From: Nemertoderma westbladi | Taxonomy: Eukaryota > Animalia > Xenacoelomorpha | DNA: 53,538 nt | Reading direction: 5' to 3' | Assembly: GCA_032718475.1 (NCBI GenBank) | Contig: JAUCBJ010000457.1 | Coordinates: forward strand, 1 to 53,538 | Position numbers and translations under genes: made by a program | In this document: piece by piece, positions 23,586-38,000 of the stretch | Layout: every line of letters starts with the position of its first letter | Numbering within the stretch: the first letter of the stretch is position 1 | The notes under the pieces: generated by a model | The model's database searches: none | What the model was told of the DNA's origin: nothing | What the model saw: the letters and a program-made list of their open reading frames with translations, nothing else

Positions 23586-26500
23586 GGTTGAATAGGTGAC
23601 ACACAGACAATCAGTAATCACTAAGGGTTGAGTAGGTGACACACATACAATCAGTAATCACTAAGGGTTGAATAGGTGACACACAGACAATCAGTAATCA
23701 CTAAGGGTTGAGTAGGTGACACACATACAATCAGTAATCACTAAGGGTTGAGTAGGTGACACACAGACAATCAGTAATCACTAAGGGTTGAGTAGGTGAC
23801 CCACAGACAATCAGTAATCACTATGGGTTGAATAGGTGACACACAGACAATCAGTAATCACTAAGGGTTGAATAGGTGACACACAGACAATCAGTAATCA
23901 CTAAGGGTTGAGTAGGTGACACACATACAATCAGTAATCACTAAGGGTTGAATAGGTGACACACAGACAATCAGTAATCACTAAGGGTTGAATAGGTGAC
24001 ACACATACAATCAGTAATCACTAAGGGTTGAATAGGTGACACACAGACAATCAGTAATCACTAAGGGTTGAATAGGTGACACACAGACAATCAGTAATCA
24101 CTAAGGGTTGAATAGGTGACACACAGACAATCAGTAATCACTAAGGATTAGGTGACACACAGACAATCAGTAATCACTAAGGGTTGAATAGGTGACACAC
24201 AGACAATCAGTAATCACTAAGGGTTGAATAGGTGACACACAGACAATCAGTAATCACTAAGGGTTGAATAGGTGACACACAGACAATCAGTAATCACTAA
24301 GGGTTGAATAGGTGACACACAGACAATCAGTAATCACTAAGGGTTGAATAGGTGACACAAAGACAATCAGTAATCACTAAGGGTTGAATAGGTGACACAC
24401 AGACAATCAGTAATCACTAAGGGTTGAATAGGTGACACACAGACAATCAGTAATCACTAAGGGTTGAATAGGTGACACACATACAATCAGTAATCACTAA
24501 GGGTTGAATAGGTGACACACAGACAATCAGTAATCACTAAGGGTTGAATAGGTGACACACAGACAATCAGTAATCACTAAGGATTAGGTGACACACAGAC
24601 AATCAGTAATCACTAAGGGTTGAATAGGTGACACACAGACAATCAGTAATCACTAAGGGTTGAATAGGTGACACACAGACAATCAGTAATCACTAAGGGT
24701 TGAATAGGTGACACACAGACAATCAGTAATCACTAAGGGTTGAATAGGTGACACACAGACAATCAGTAATCACTAAGGGTTGAATAGGTGACACACTGAC
24801 AATCAGTAATCACTAAGGATTAGGTGACACACAGACAATCAGTAATCACTATGGGTTGAATAGGTGACACACATACAATCAGTAATCACTAAGGGTTGAA
24901 TAGGTGACACATAGACAATCAGTAATCACTAAGGGTTGAATAGGTGACACACAGACAATCAGTAATCACTAAGGGTTGAATAGGTGACACACAGACAATC
25001 AGTAATCACTAAGGATTAGGTGACACACAGACAATCAGTAATCACTAAGGGTTGAATAGGTGACACACAGACAATCAGTAATCACTAAGGGTTGAATAGG
25101 TGACACACAGACAATCAGTAATCACTAAGGATTAGGTGACACACAGACAATCAGTAATCACTAAGGGTTGAATAGGTGACACACATACAATCAGTAATCA
25201 CTAAGGGTTGAGTAGGTGACACACATACAATCAGTAATCACTAAGGGTTGAATAGGTGACACACAGACAATCAGTAATCACTAAGGGTTGAATAGATGAC
25301 ACACAGACAATCAGTAATCACTAAGGGTTGAATAGGTGACACACAGACAATCAGTAATCACTAAGGGTTGAATAGGTGACACACAGACAATCAGTAATCA
25401 CTAAGGGTTGAATAGGTGACACACAGACAATCAGTAATCACTAAGGATTAGGTGACACACAGACAATCAGTAATCACTAAGGGTTGAATAGGTGGAACAC
25501 ATACAATCAGTAATCACTAAGGGTTGAGTAGGTGACACACAGACAATCAGTAATCACTAAGGGTTGAGTAGGTGACACACTGACAATCAGTAATCACTAA
25601 GGGTTGAGTAGGTGACACACAGACAATCAGTAATCATTAAGGGTTGAATAGGTGACACACAGACAATCAGTAATCACTAAGGGTTGAATAGGTGACACAC
25701 AGACAATCAGTAATCACTAAGGGTTGAATAGGTGACACACAGACAATCAGTAATCACTAAGGGTTGAGTAGGTGACACACAGACAATTAGTAATCACTAA
25801 GGGTTGAATAGGTGACAAACATACAATCAGTAATCACTAAGGGTTGAATAGGTGACACACAGACAATCAGTAATCACTAAGGGTTGAGTAGGTGACACAC
25901 AGACAATCAGTAATCACTAAGGGTTGAGTAGGTGACACACAGACAATTAGTAATCACTAAGGGTTAAATAGGTGACAAACATACAATCAGTAATCACTAA
26001 GGGTTGAATAGGTGACACACAGACAATCAGTAATCACTAAGGGTTGAATAGGTGACACACAGACAATCAGTAATCACTAAGGGTTGAGTAGGTGACACAC
26101 ATACAATCAGTAATCACTAAGGGTTGAGTAGGTGACACACAGACAATCAGTAATCACTAAGGGTTGAATAGGTGACACACAGACAACCAGTAATCACTAA
26201 GGGTTGAGTAGGTGACACACAGACAATCAGTAATCACTAAGGGTTGAGTAGGTGACACACATACAATCAGTAATCACTAAGGGTTGAGTAGGTGACACAC
26301 AGACGATCAGTAATCACTAAGGGTTGAGTAGGTGACACACAGACAATCAGTAATCACTAAGGGTTGAATAGGTGACACACAGACAATCAGTAATCACTAA
26401 GGGTTGAATAGGTGACACACAGACAATCAGTAATCACTAAGGGTTGAATAGGTGACACACAGACAATCAGTAATCACTATGGGTTGAATAGGTGACACAC

Positions 26501-29500
26501 AGACAATCAGTAATCACTAAGGGTTGAATAGGTGACACACAGACAATCAGTAATCACTAAGGGTTGAATAGGTGACACACTGACAATCAGTAATCACTAA
26601 GGGTTGAATAGGTGACACACAGACAATCAGTAATCACTAAGGGTTGAATAGGTGACACACAGACAATCAGTAATCACTAAGGGTTGAATAGGTGACACAC
26701 AGACAATCAGTAATCACTAAGGGTTGAATAGGTGACACACAGACAATCAGTAATCACTAAGGGTTGAATAGGTGACACACAGACAATCAGTAATCACTAA
26801 GGGTTGAATAGGCGACACACAGACAATCAGTAATCACTAAGGGTTGAGTAGGTGACACACAGACAATCAGTAATCACTAAGGGTTGAATAGGTGACACAC
26901 AGACAATCAGTAATCACTAAGGGTTGAATAGGTGACACACAGACAATCAGTAATCACTAAGGGTTGAATAGGTGACACACAGACAATCAGTAATCACTAT
27001 GGGTTGAATAGGTGACACACAGACAATCACTAAGGATTAGGTGACACACAGACAATCAGTAATCACTATGGGTTGAATAGGTGACACACAGACAATCAGT
27101 AATCACTAAGGGTTGAATAGGTGACACACAGACAATCAGTAATCACTAAGGGTTGAATAGGTGACACACAGACAATCAGTAATCACTAAGGGTTGAATAG
27201 GTGACACACAGACAATCAGTAATCACTAAGGGTTGAGTAGGTGACACACAGACAATCAGTAATCACTAAGGGTTGAATAGGTGACACACAGACAATCAGT
27301 AATCACTAAGGGTTGAGAAGGTGACACACAGACAATCAGTAACCACTAAAGGTTGAATAGGTGACACACAGACAATCAGTAATCACTAAGGGTTAGGTGA
27401 CACACAGACAATCAGTAATCACTAAGGGTTGAATAGGTGACACACAGACAATCAGTAATCACTAAGGGTTGAGTAGGTGACACACAGACCATCAGTACTC
27501 ACTAAGGATTAGGTGACACACAGACAATCAGTAATCACTAAGGGTTGAATAGGTGACACACATACAATCAGTAATCACTAAGGGTTGAATAGGTGACACA
27601 CATACAATCAGTAATCACTAAGGGTTGAATAGGTGGAACACATACAATCAGTAATCACTAAGGGTTGAGTAGGTGACACACAGACAATCAGTAATCACTA
27701 AGGGTTGAATAGGTGACACACATACAATCAGTAATCACTAAGGGTTGAGTAGGTGACACACATACAATCAGTAATCACTGAGGGTTGAATAGGTGACACA
27801 CAGACAATCAGTAATCACTAAGGGTTGAATAGGTGACACACAGACAATCAGTAATCACTAAGGGTTGAGTAGGTGACACACAGACAATCAGTAATCACTA
27901 AGGGTTGAGTATGTGACAAAAATACAATCAGTAATCACTAAGGGTTGAATAGGTGACACACAGACAATCAGTAATCACTAAGGGTTGAGTAGGTGACACA
28001 CAGACAATCAGTAATCACTAAGGGTTGAATAGGTGACACACAGACAATCAGTAATCACTAAGGGTTGAGTAGGTGACACACAGACAATCAGTAATCACTA
28101 AGGGTTGAATAGGTGACACACAGACAATCAGTAATCACTATGGGTTGAATAGGTGACACACAGACAATCAGTAATCACTAAGGGTTGAGTAGGTGACACA
28201 CAGACAATCAGTAATCACTAAGGGTTGAATAGGTGACACACAGACAATCAGTAATCACTAAGGGTTGAATAGGTGACACACAGACAATCAGTAATCACTA
28301 TGGGTTGAATAGGTGACACACAGACAATCAGTAATCACTAAGGGTTGAATAGGTGACACACAGACAATCAGTAATCACTAAGGGTTGAATAGGTGACACA
28401 CAGACAATCAGTAATCACTAAGGGTTGAGTAGGTGACACACAGACAATCAGTAATCACTAAGGGTTGAATAGGTGACACACATACAATCAGTAATCACTA
28501 AGGGTTGAATAGGTGACACACAGACAATCAGTAATCACTAAGGGTTGAATAGGTGACACACAGACAATCAGTAATCACTAAGGGTTGAATAGGTGACACA
28601 CAGACAATCAGTAATCACTAAGGGTTGAATAGGTGACACACAGACAATCAGTAATCACTAAGGGTTGAATAGGTGACACACAGACAATCAGTAATCACTA
28701 AGGGTTGAATAGGTGACACACAGACAATCAGTAATCACTAAGGGTTGAATAGGTGACACACAGACAATCAGTAATCACTATGGGTTGAGTAGGTGACACA
28801 CAGACAATCAGTAATCACTAAGGGTTGAGTAGGTGACACACAGGCAATCAGTAATCACTAAGGGTTGAATAGGTGACACACAGACAATCAGTAATCACTA
28901 AGGGTTGAATAGGTGACACACATACAATCAGTAATCACTAAGGGTTGAATAGGTGGAACACATACAATCAGTAATCACTAAGGGTTGAGTAGGTGACACA
29001 CAGACAATCAGTAATCACTAAGGGTTGAGTAGGTGACACACATACAATCAGTAATCACTAAGGGTTGAATAGGTGACACACAGACAATCAGTAATCACTA
29101 AGGGTTGAATAGGTGACACACATACAATCAGTAATCACTAACGGTTGAATAGGTGACACACATACAATCAGTAATCACTATGGGTTGAGTAGGTGACACA
29201 CAGACAATCAGTAATCACTAAGGGTTGAGTAGGTGACACACAGGCAATCAGTAATCACTAAGGGTTGAATAGGTGACACACAGACAATCAGTAATCACTA
29301 AGGGTTGAATAGGTGACACACATACAATCAGTAATCACTAAGGGTTGAATAGGTGGAACACATACAATCAGTAATCACTAAGGGTTGAGTAGGTGACACA
29401 CAGACAATCAGTAATCACTAAGGGTTGAGTAGGTGACACACATACAATCAGTAATCACTAAGGGTTGAATAGGTGACACACAGACAATCAGTAATCACTA

Positions 29501-32500
29501 AGGGTTGAATAGGTGACACACATACAATCAGTAATCACTAACGGTTGAATAGGTGACACACATACAATCAGTAATCACTGAGGGTTGAATAGGTGACACA
29601 CAGACAATCAGTAATCACTAAGGGTTGAATAGGTGACACACATACAATCAGTAATCACTAAGGGTTGAATAGGTGACACACAGACAATCAGTAATCACTA
29701 AGGGTTGAGTAGGTGACACACAGACAATCAGTAATCACTAAGGGTTGAGTAGGTGACAAACATACAATCAGTAATCACTAAGGGTTGAATAGGTGACACA
29801 CAGACAATCAGTAATCACTAAGGGTTGAATAGGTGACACACAGACAATCAGTAATCACTAAGGGTTGAGTAGGTGACACACAGACAATCAGTAATCACTA
29901 AGGGTTGAATAGGTGACACACAGACAATCAGTAATCACTAAGGGTTGAGTAGGTGACAAACATACAATCAGTAATCACTAAGGGTTGAATAGGTGACACA
30001 CAGACAATCAGTAATCACTAAGGGTTGAATAGGTGACACACAGACAATCAGTAATCACTAAGGGTTGAGTAGGTGACACACAGACAATCAGTAATCACTA
30101 AGGGTTGAATAGGTGACACACAGACAATCAGTAATCACTAAGGGTTGAGTAGGTGACACACAGACAATCAGTAATCACTAAGGGTTGAGTAGGTGACAAA
30201 CATACAATCAGTAATCACTAAGGGTTGAATAGGTGACACACAGACAATCAGTAATCACTAAGGGTTGAGTAGGTGACACACAGACAATCAGTAATCACTA
30301 AGGGTTGAATAGGTGACACACAGACAATCAGTAATCACTAAGGGTTGAATAGGTGACACACAGACAATCAGTAATCACTAAGGATTAGGTGACACACAGA
30401 CAATCAGTAATCACTAAGGGTTGAATAGGTGACACACAGACAATCAGTAATCACTAAGGGTTGAATAGGTGACACACAGACAATCAGTAATCACTAAGGG
30501 TTGAATAGGTGACACACAGACAATCAGTAATCACTAAGGGTTGAATAGGTGACACACAGACAATCAGTAATCACTAAGGGTTGAATAGGTGACACACAGA
30601 CAATCAGTAATCACTAAGGGTTGAATAGGTGACACACAGACAATCAGTAATCACTAAGGGTAGAATAGGTGACACACAGACAATCAGTAATCATTAAGGG
30701 TTGAATAGGTGACACACATACAATCAGTAATCACTAAGGGTTGAATAGGTGACACACAGACAATCAGTAATCACTAAGGGTTGAATAGGTGACACACAGA
30801 CAATCAGTAATCACTAAGGGTTGAATAGGTGACACACTGACAATCAGTAATCACTAAGGATTAGGTGACACACAGACAATCAGTAATCACTATGGGTTGA
30901 ATAGGTGACACACATACAATCAGTAATCACTAAGGGTTGAATAGGTGACACACAGACAATCAGTAATCACTAAGGGTTGAATAGGTGACACACATACAAT
31001 CAGTAATCACTAAGGGTTGAATAGGTGACACACAGACAATCAGTAATCACTAAGGGTTGAATAGGTGACACACAGACAATCAGTAATCACTAAGGGTTGA
31101 ATAGGTGACACACTGACAATCAGTAATCACTAAGGATTAGGTGACACACAGACAATCAGTAATCACTATGGGTTGAATAGGTGACACACATACAATCAGT
31201 AATCACTAAGGGTTGAATAGGTGACACACAGACAATCAGTAATCACTAAGGGTTGAATAGGTGACACACAGACAATCAGTAATCACTAAGGGTTGAATAG
31301 GTGACACACAGACAATCAGTAATTACTAAGGGTTGAATAGGTGACACACAGACAATCAGTAATCACTAAGGGTTGAATAGGTGACACACAGACAATCAGT
31401 AATCACTAAGGGTTGAATAGGTGACACACAGACAATCAGTAATCACTAAGGGTTGAATAGGTGACACACATACAATCAGTAATCACTAAGGGTTGAATAG
31501 GTGACACACTGACAATCAGTAATCACTAAGGATTAGGTGACACACAGACAATCAGTAATCACTAAGGGTTGAATAGGTGACACACAGACAATCAGTAATC
31601 ACTAAGGGTTGAATAGGTGACACACAGACAATCAGTAATCACTAAGGGTTGAATAGGTGACACACATACAATCAGTAATCACTAAGGGTTGAATAGGTGA
31701 CACACAGACAATCAGTAATCACTAAGGGTTGAATAGGTGACACACATACAATCAGTAATCACTAAGGGTTGAATAGGTGACACACAGACAATCAGTAATC
31801 ACTAAGGGTTGAATAGGTGACACACAGACAATCAGTAATCACTATGGGTTGAATAGGTGACACACATACAATCAGTAATCACTAAGGGTTGAATAGGTGA
31901 CACACATACAATCAGTAATCACTAAGGGTTGAATAGGTGACACACATACAATCAGTAATCACTAAGGGTTGAATAGGTGACACACATACAATCAGTAATC
32001 ACTAAGGGTTGAATAGGTGACACACATACAATCAGTAATCACTAAGGGTTGAATAGGTGACACACTGACAATCAGTAATCACTAAGGATTAGGTGACACA
32101 CAGACAATCAGTAATCACTATGGGTTGAATAGGTGACACACATACAATCAGTAATCACTAAGGGTTGAATAGGTGACACACAGACAATCAGTAATCACTA
32201 AGGGTTGAATAGGTGACACACATACAATCAGTAATCACTAAGGGTTGAATAGGTGACACACAGACAATCAGTAATCACTAAGGGTTGAATAGGTGACACA
32301 CAGACAATCAGTAATCACTAAGGGTTGAATAGGTGACACACTGACAATCAGTAATCACTAAGGATTAGGTGACACACAGACAATCAGTAATCACTATGGG
32401 TTGAATAGGTGACACACATACAATCAGTAATCACTAAGGGTTGAATAGGTGACACACAGACAATCAGTAATCACTAAGGGTTGAATAGGTGACACACAGA

Positions 32501-33113
32501 CAATCAGTAATCACTAAGGGTTGAATAGGTGACACACAGACAATCAGTAATCACTAAGGGTTGAATAGGTGACACACAGACAATCAGTAATCACTAAGGG
32601 TTGAATAGGTGACACACAGACAATCAGTAATCACTAAGGGTTGAATAGGTGACACACAGACAATCAGTAATCACTAAGGGTTGAATAGGTGACACACATA
32701 CAATCAGTAATCACTAAGGGTTGAATAGGTGACACACAGACAATCAGTAGTAATCACTAAGGGTTGAATAGGTGACACACATACAATCAGTAATCACTAA
32801 GGGTTGAGTAGGTGACACACAGACAATCAGTAATCACTAAGGGTTGAGTAGGTGACACACAGACAATCAGTAATCACTAAGGGTTGAATAGGTGACACAC
32901 AGACAATCAGTAGTAATCACTAAGGGTTGAATAGGTGACACACATACAATCAGTAATCACTAAGGGTTGAGTAGGTGACACACAGACAATCAGTAATCAC
33001 TAAGGGTTGAATAGGTGACACACATACAATCAGTAATCACTAAGGGTTGAATAGGTGACACACAGACAATCAGTAATCACTATGGGTTGAATAGGCGACA
33101 CACATACAATCAG
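23586..33113. repeat. 40-bp satellite (AGGGTTGAATAGGTGACACACAGACAATCAGTAATCACTA), ~240 copies, in VPS52 intron 6
   Basis: Homogeneous 9.5-kb array with a recurrent 35-bp deletion variant (AGGATTAGGTG) and a few point variants. Confidence 0.99.
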
Positions 33114-33839
33114 ACCTTATATGACTAAATATCCTAAACTTCCAAGGAAGCTTAAATACCTCACTTCATCTGTACACAAGTAAAAATAATAATCTAAAAC
33201 AGTGACAGGCGTCATTTTAGACTCCAAACAATTTTCCAGCAACTGCAAAACTGTATAGAACTGCAAAAAAGCGTTTAGAGAGTAGAGAGTTACGCACATC
33301 ATGAATATGGACAGCCACTTAAAGTTCTCAGTTAGTTATGAGTGCAAGACATGAAAAAACATAGAGTAACAAAAACCCGCATTCTAATTATTGATATACC
33401 TAATTTTGAATTCTATTTAATTGTTTTTAATATTTCTCCAATGTTTTTCATATGTTACGTATTGGGATGGGATGTGTGTCAGGAAATGTTAGGAAATATC
33501 CAAGACATTTATTTCCCCGCAAATTTCCTATTTTATTAATTTATTATAAAGTTTACTTTTATTAATATAAAATATTTTCAGAAACAGCTGCTTAGTGGCA
33601 TAAAATAGTAGATTCAAGATGTGATTCAAGACTATTTAGTTGTGTTGAAGTGGTTCGGTGTCTTGGCTCTTGTGGTCGTAATTACAACGGATGAAGTATT
33701 CTTTTCAGGAAATTCCCTTGTAAAAAAAAAACATATACTTCAGGAAAATTTACATCCCTGTGGTGGAGAGTAAAGATGAGTTAAATGTGACATCATTCCT
33801 ATAATAACCTCGTATACCTTACGTCTCCACGCAACGTAC

Positions 33840-34006
33840 CTTAACTTCGGTCTTCTGGGCCGCATGGGGTACTATGATTGGCGCTTCTAAGTCTTTAGTT
33901 ATGACGTCACCTCTGTTCCCCAGAGTAAATATTGTTCCTTTATTTTTTAACGACGGTTTATAAAACACACTTCTCCGAGACGAATCCTCTTCTCCCATCA
34001 AATCGT
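33840..34006 (-). CDS. VPS52: VPS52 coding exon 6
   Basis: TTAG acceptor; DLMGEEDSSRRSVFYKPSLKNKGTIFTLGNRGDVITKDLEAPIIVPHAAQKTEVK; AAG|GTACGT donor. Confidence 0.95.
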
Positions 34007-34216
34007 CTAATTAAAAAAATCAACGCGAAATAATTACTTTATAGTGTTCTATATTCCACGCCGTGAATATAGCAAATTCAATTCAGAACTTATGAGTACG
34101 ATATTCAAACTGTGTAAAACTTGTTTAGAAGAACGTGCCACTGTAACCTGCTCCTTTCCCTAAATTTATAATCTAAAATTGAGACGGGATATTAATTAGC
34201 TGACTAATAAACAAAC

Positions 34217-34371
34217 CTTTATCGGCCACTTCCTCGTATTGTAATTTCATTAAACGACTTGTGTAGGCCCGGAAGTAACTGTAATACATCTTACTAGTTG
34301 TGTCCATGTAAACGTCGCGAATTTCTTTAGCGATAACGCGCTCGTGAGCCAAGAGAAATTCATAGAAAAAT
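34217..34371 (-). CDS. VPS52: VPS52 coding exon 5
   Basis: TTTTAG acceptor; FFYEFLLAHERVIAKEIRDVYMDTTSKMYYSYFRAYTSRLMKLQYEEVADK; G|GTTTGT donor. Confidence 0.95.
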
Positions 34372-35096
34372 CTAAAACAAACGGGGCGATGCATGCAGTG
34401 GATTTAAATATATAAAATATTTTAAATATTAAATTTGAATTAAATATATTATATTTGATTTTGGTTGTTGTTTGTTTTGATTGTGTCCTTTGATGGCCCT
34501 ACGGTTTGAGTGCTACTGTTGGCTTAATGTCCTGATTCTACATTTTTTGTAGTGTGTGGTATTGTTGGGGGTTGTGCTTACCCTTCAGTTGATTTAAATA
34601 TTGTCAGTTTATTGTCACCGCTATTTAAACTTTTAATTGAGAGTTGAGACTTACCACAAACGATGCGATGCATTTTTTCTCGACCGCTCCAAACAACTAT
34701 CTCCTCTGTGACGTAAGAGGACTAAGAAATTGCACGCTAGCTTCCCTTACGGAAGTAGGGTGACGTAGGCATATATTAGTGTAAGTGATGTCAGCAAAAC
34801 TGCTCTCAGTTACCTTCACGGAGCAATCAACATCCCCAGGGGTAAAGACAAAAACAACACAAGTAAAATACCGGAGATATAAAATGGAGTTGTCGAGATA
34901 TTTGTAAGTCGCACACTGTTGCTATAACTCCGATATTAAGGATTACTCAACATAGGTTGTTGACCTTCATTCGATTTATATTCCAAAAATTAGAAAATTC
35001 ATTAGATAATGGTAAACTCTTAAACGCTCTGTGAAATTATTTATAAGCCGATTAGTTATCTAAGTTTAATTTCAAAAATAGGTATAATGACAACTC

Positions 35097-38000
35097 GATG
35101 ATAGAGGATGTTTTTTAACCGCCGCAAGGCGGAAAAGGGCTTTAGCCCTCACTAACCACTACCACCGCCTCACCCAATTCAATAAACGGGGAACTATATA
35201 CGGAAAAGGGTATACTTGGGCGAGTTAGGGTATAAGGGAGCGCTTAGGGGGGAAGCCGACTATCCCAGTAGGTGGATAGACCCCCTATTAACTTTCTAAA
35301 TTTTGATTTCGAGCGAATCCGACCGACGGTTTTCGAGTTGGGCCCAATGGAACGTTTTAGAAATTTGAATTTCCCGCCAAAAGCTACAGCCGAGCTACAG
35401 CCAAACTGGCTATAGATGGAGACTAGCGGCCAACGGGATCGCGTAGGGGGTATAGATGTTAGTCCAGCTCATTCTTTTTTTGGAACGACTCGACCTATAG
35501 GGGCCGATCGGTAGCTGATCGAACACGATCTTTACGATCTTTGGCGAAATACGACCGGAAGGAGTGGGAATTTGAGAAAAGTTTGAAAGTAGAAAATGTT
35601 CCTCATCCCCGAATTATGCTAGACGGACCCGATAAAAATATGAAAAAAATTAATTCTAGGGGGTCTACGGGGCCAACGAAGCTTTCCGATTGGACGATAT
35701 TATTTTCGCCTATTACTACGGGAAGGAACGGTTTTAAGTTAAAACATGTACAAGAGATATGGTCGGGAAGCTCGAGCTCTATCCAACGGAAGCGGTCCCG
35801 GGATCGTAAATTAACAAGTTCTCGAGATATAGAGGAAAATTAACGAGTCGTTAAAAAATGCAGCAATTAGCAATTAGCGCTAATTAAGAGCGAATTAATT
35901 AATCGAATCTCGAAATTAACGGTGCCAATCGATGGGAAACAACGAGAGGAGCTCGCCAATTTTTTAAATTTTCAAAAAGACCCAGCGGAAGCCGAGATAA
36001 ATGGATTTTCGTGAAATCGGGGTCCCAACCGCCAAGTCGAATATCAGCATCGAATCGCCACCTTTGGGAAGTAGGCGAAAATATACCGAAAAAGCAAAAC
36101 GAGCGATATTGATTTAAAATTCGAAACTTTTTGGTCGACACGGGCTCGCTAGTGGATGATATACACTATTTTAGTCAATTTGTCCAAAAGGGTCATTTTT
36201 ATTATCTTTGATCATGATCTTTATGATCTTTGGCCTAAAGCATGGAATATGAGTATTTTCATATTTTATATTAATTCATACATTGTACGCAAAGTCTATG
36301 GGGACATTTCCAGACATACTTTCATATTTATCTTTGAAATTTAAATCATTTGTTCACCCAGCCATGCAATGGCTGGGTGAACCACCAAAATATTAAGAGA
36401 TGAAATCCGCAAAGCCTTTAAATACATTATAGGGTGGTGGGTGGGGCTAGTGGTTAGTGTTTATACATAGTTAGGTAATGATTGTATATATAGCGAGTTG
36501 TTAAAAAAGGGAATGGATATAACTTTATGTTACAAAAGACTATGAATTTAGATCTATCGAGTTACGAATATACTCTATCGCCACCTTTTAGCGTAGCGTA
36601 GGGGAGGAATACAATTAGTTGGAATCTATGTGTGGGGAATATAGCGGAACAACTATGTACGAGATACTTCTTCGACTTCTACAGTAGAACAATTAGTATA
36701 GTTCTTTAAACTAATTTTAGAACTCCGTTTACCTACTAAAAAACAAATAAATATAATTAAATTTATAATAATAATAATAATAATAACAAGGTCTACTAAA
36801 ATATACAAGCTATACTGATCAAGAATAAATGATAAAAAAACTCACATCACTGGATGATAGAGGATGTTTTTTAATCGCCGTAAGGCGGAAAAGGGCTTTA
36901 GCCCTCACTAACCGCTACCACCTCCTCACCCAATGCTAAAATCCGGGAATATTGTACCGAAGGGGGTATACTTGGGCGAGTTAGGGTATAAGGGGGCGCT
37001 TAGGGGGGAAGCCGACCATCCCAGTAGGTGGATAGACCCCCTATTAACTTTCTAAATTTTGATTTCGAGCGAATCCGACCGACGGTTTTCGAGTTGGGCC
37101 CAATGGAACGTTTTAGAAATTTGAATTTCCCGCCAAACGCTACAGCCAAACTGGCAATAGATGGAGACTAGCGGCCAACGGGATCGCGTAGGGGGTATAG
37201 ATGTTAGTCCAGCTCATTCTTTTTTTGGAACGACTCGACCTATAGGGGCCGATCGGTAGCTGATCGAACACGATCTTTACGATCTTTGGCGAAATACGAC
37301 CGGAAGGAGTGGGAATTTGGGAAAAGTTTGAAAGTAGAAAATGTTCCTCACCCCCGAATTATGCTAGACGGACCCGATAAAAATTTGAAAAAAATTAATT
37401 CTAGGGGGTCTACGGGGCCAACGAAGCTTTCCGATTGGACGATATTATTTTCGCCTATTACTACGGGAAGGAACGGTTTTAAGTTAAAACATGTACAAGA
37501 GATATGGTCGGGAAGCTCGAGCTCTATCCAACGGAAGCGGTCCCGGGATCGTAAATTAACAAGTTCTAGAGATATAGAGGAAAATTAACGAGTCGTTAAA
37601 AAATGCAGTAATTAGCAATTAGCGCTAATTAAGAGCGAATTAATTAATCGAATCTCGAAATTAACGGTGCCAATCGATGGGAAACAACGAGAGGAGCTCG
37701 CCAATTTTTTACATTTTCGAAAAGACCCAGCGGAAGCCGAGATAAATGGATTTTCGTAAAATCGGGGTCCCGACCACCAAGTCGAATATCGGAGGCGAAT
37801 CACCACCTTTGGGAAATAGGCGAAAATATACCGAAAAAGCAAAACGAGCGATATTGATTTAAAATTCGAAACTTTTTGGTCGATATGGGTTCGCTAGTAG
37901 ACGATATACACTATTTTAGTCAATTTATCCAAAAGGGTCATTTTTATGATATTTGATCATGATCTTTATGATCTTTGGCCTAAAGCATGGAATAAGAGTA

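Noticed and set aside
2736-33113. CRISPR-like appearance of the regular arrays
   Set aside because: Units are contiguous with no unique spacers, there are no cas genes, and the context is a spliceosomal gene.
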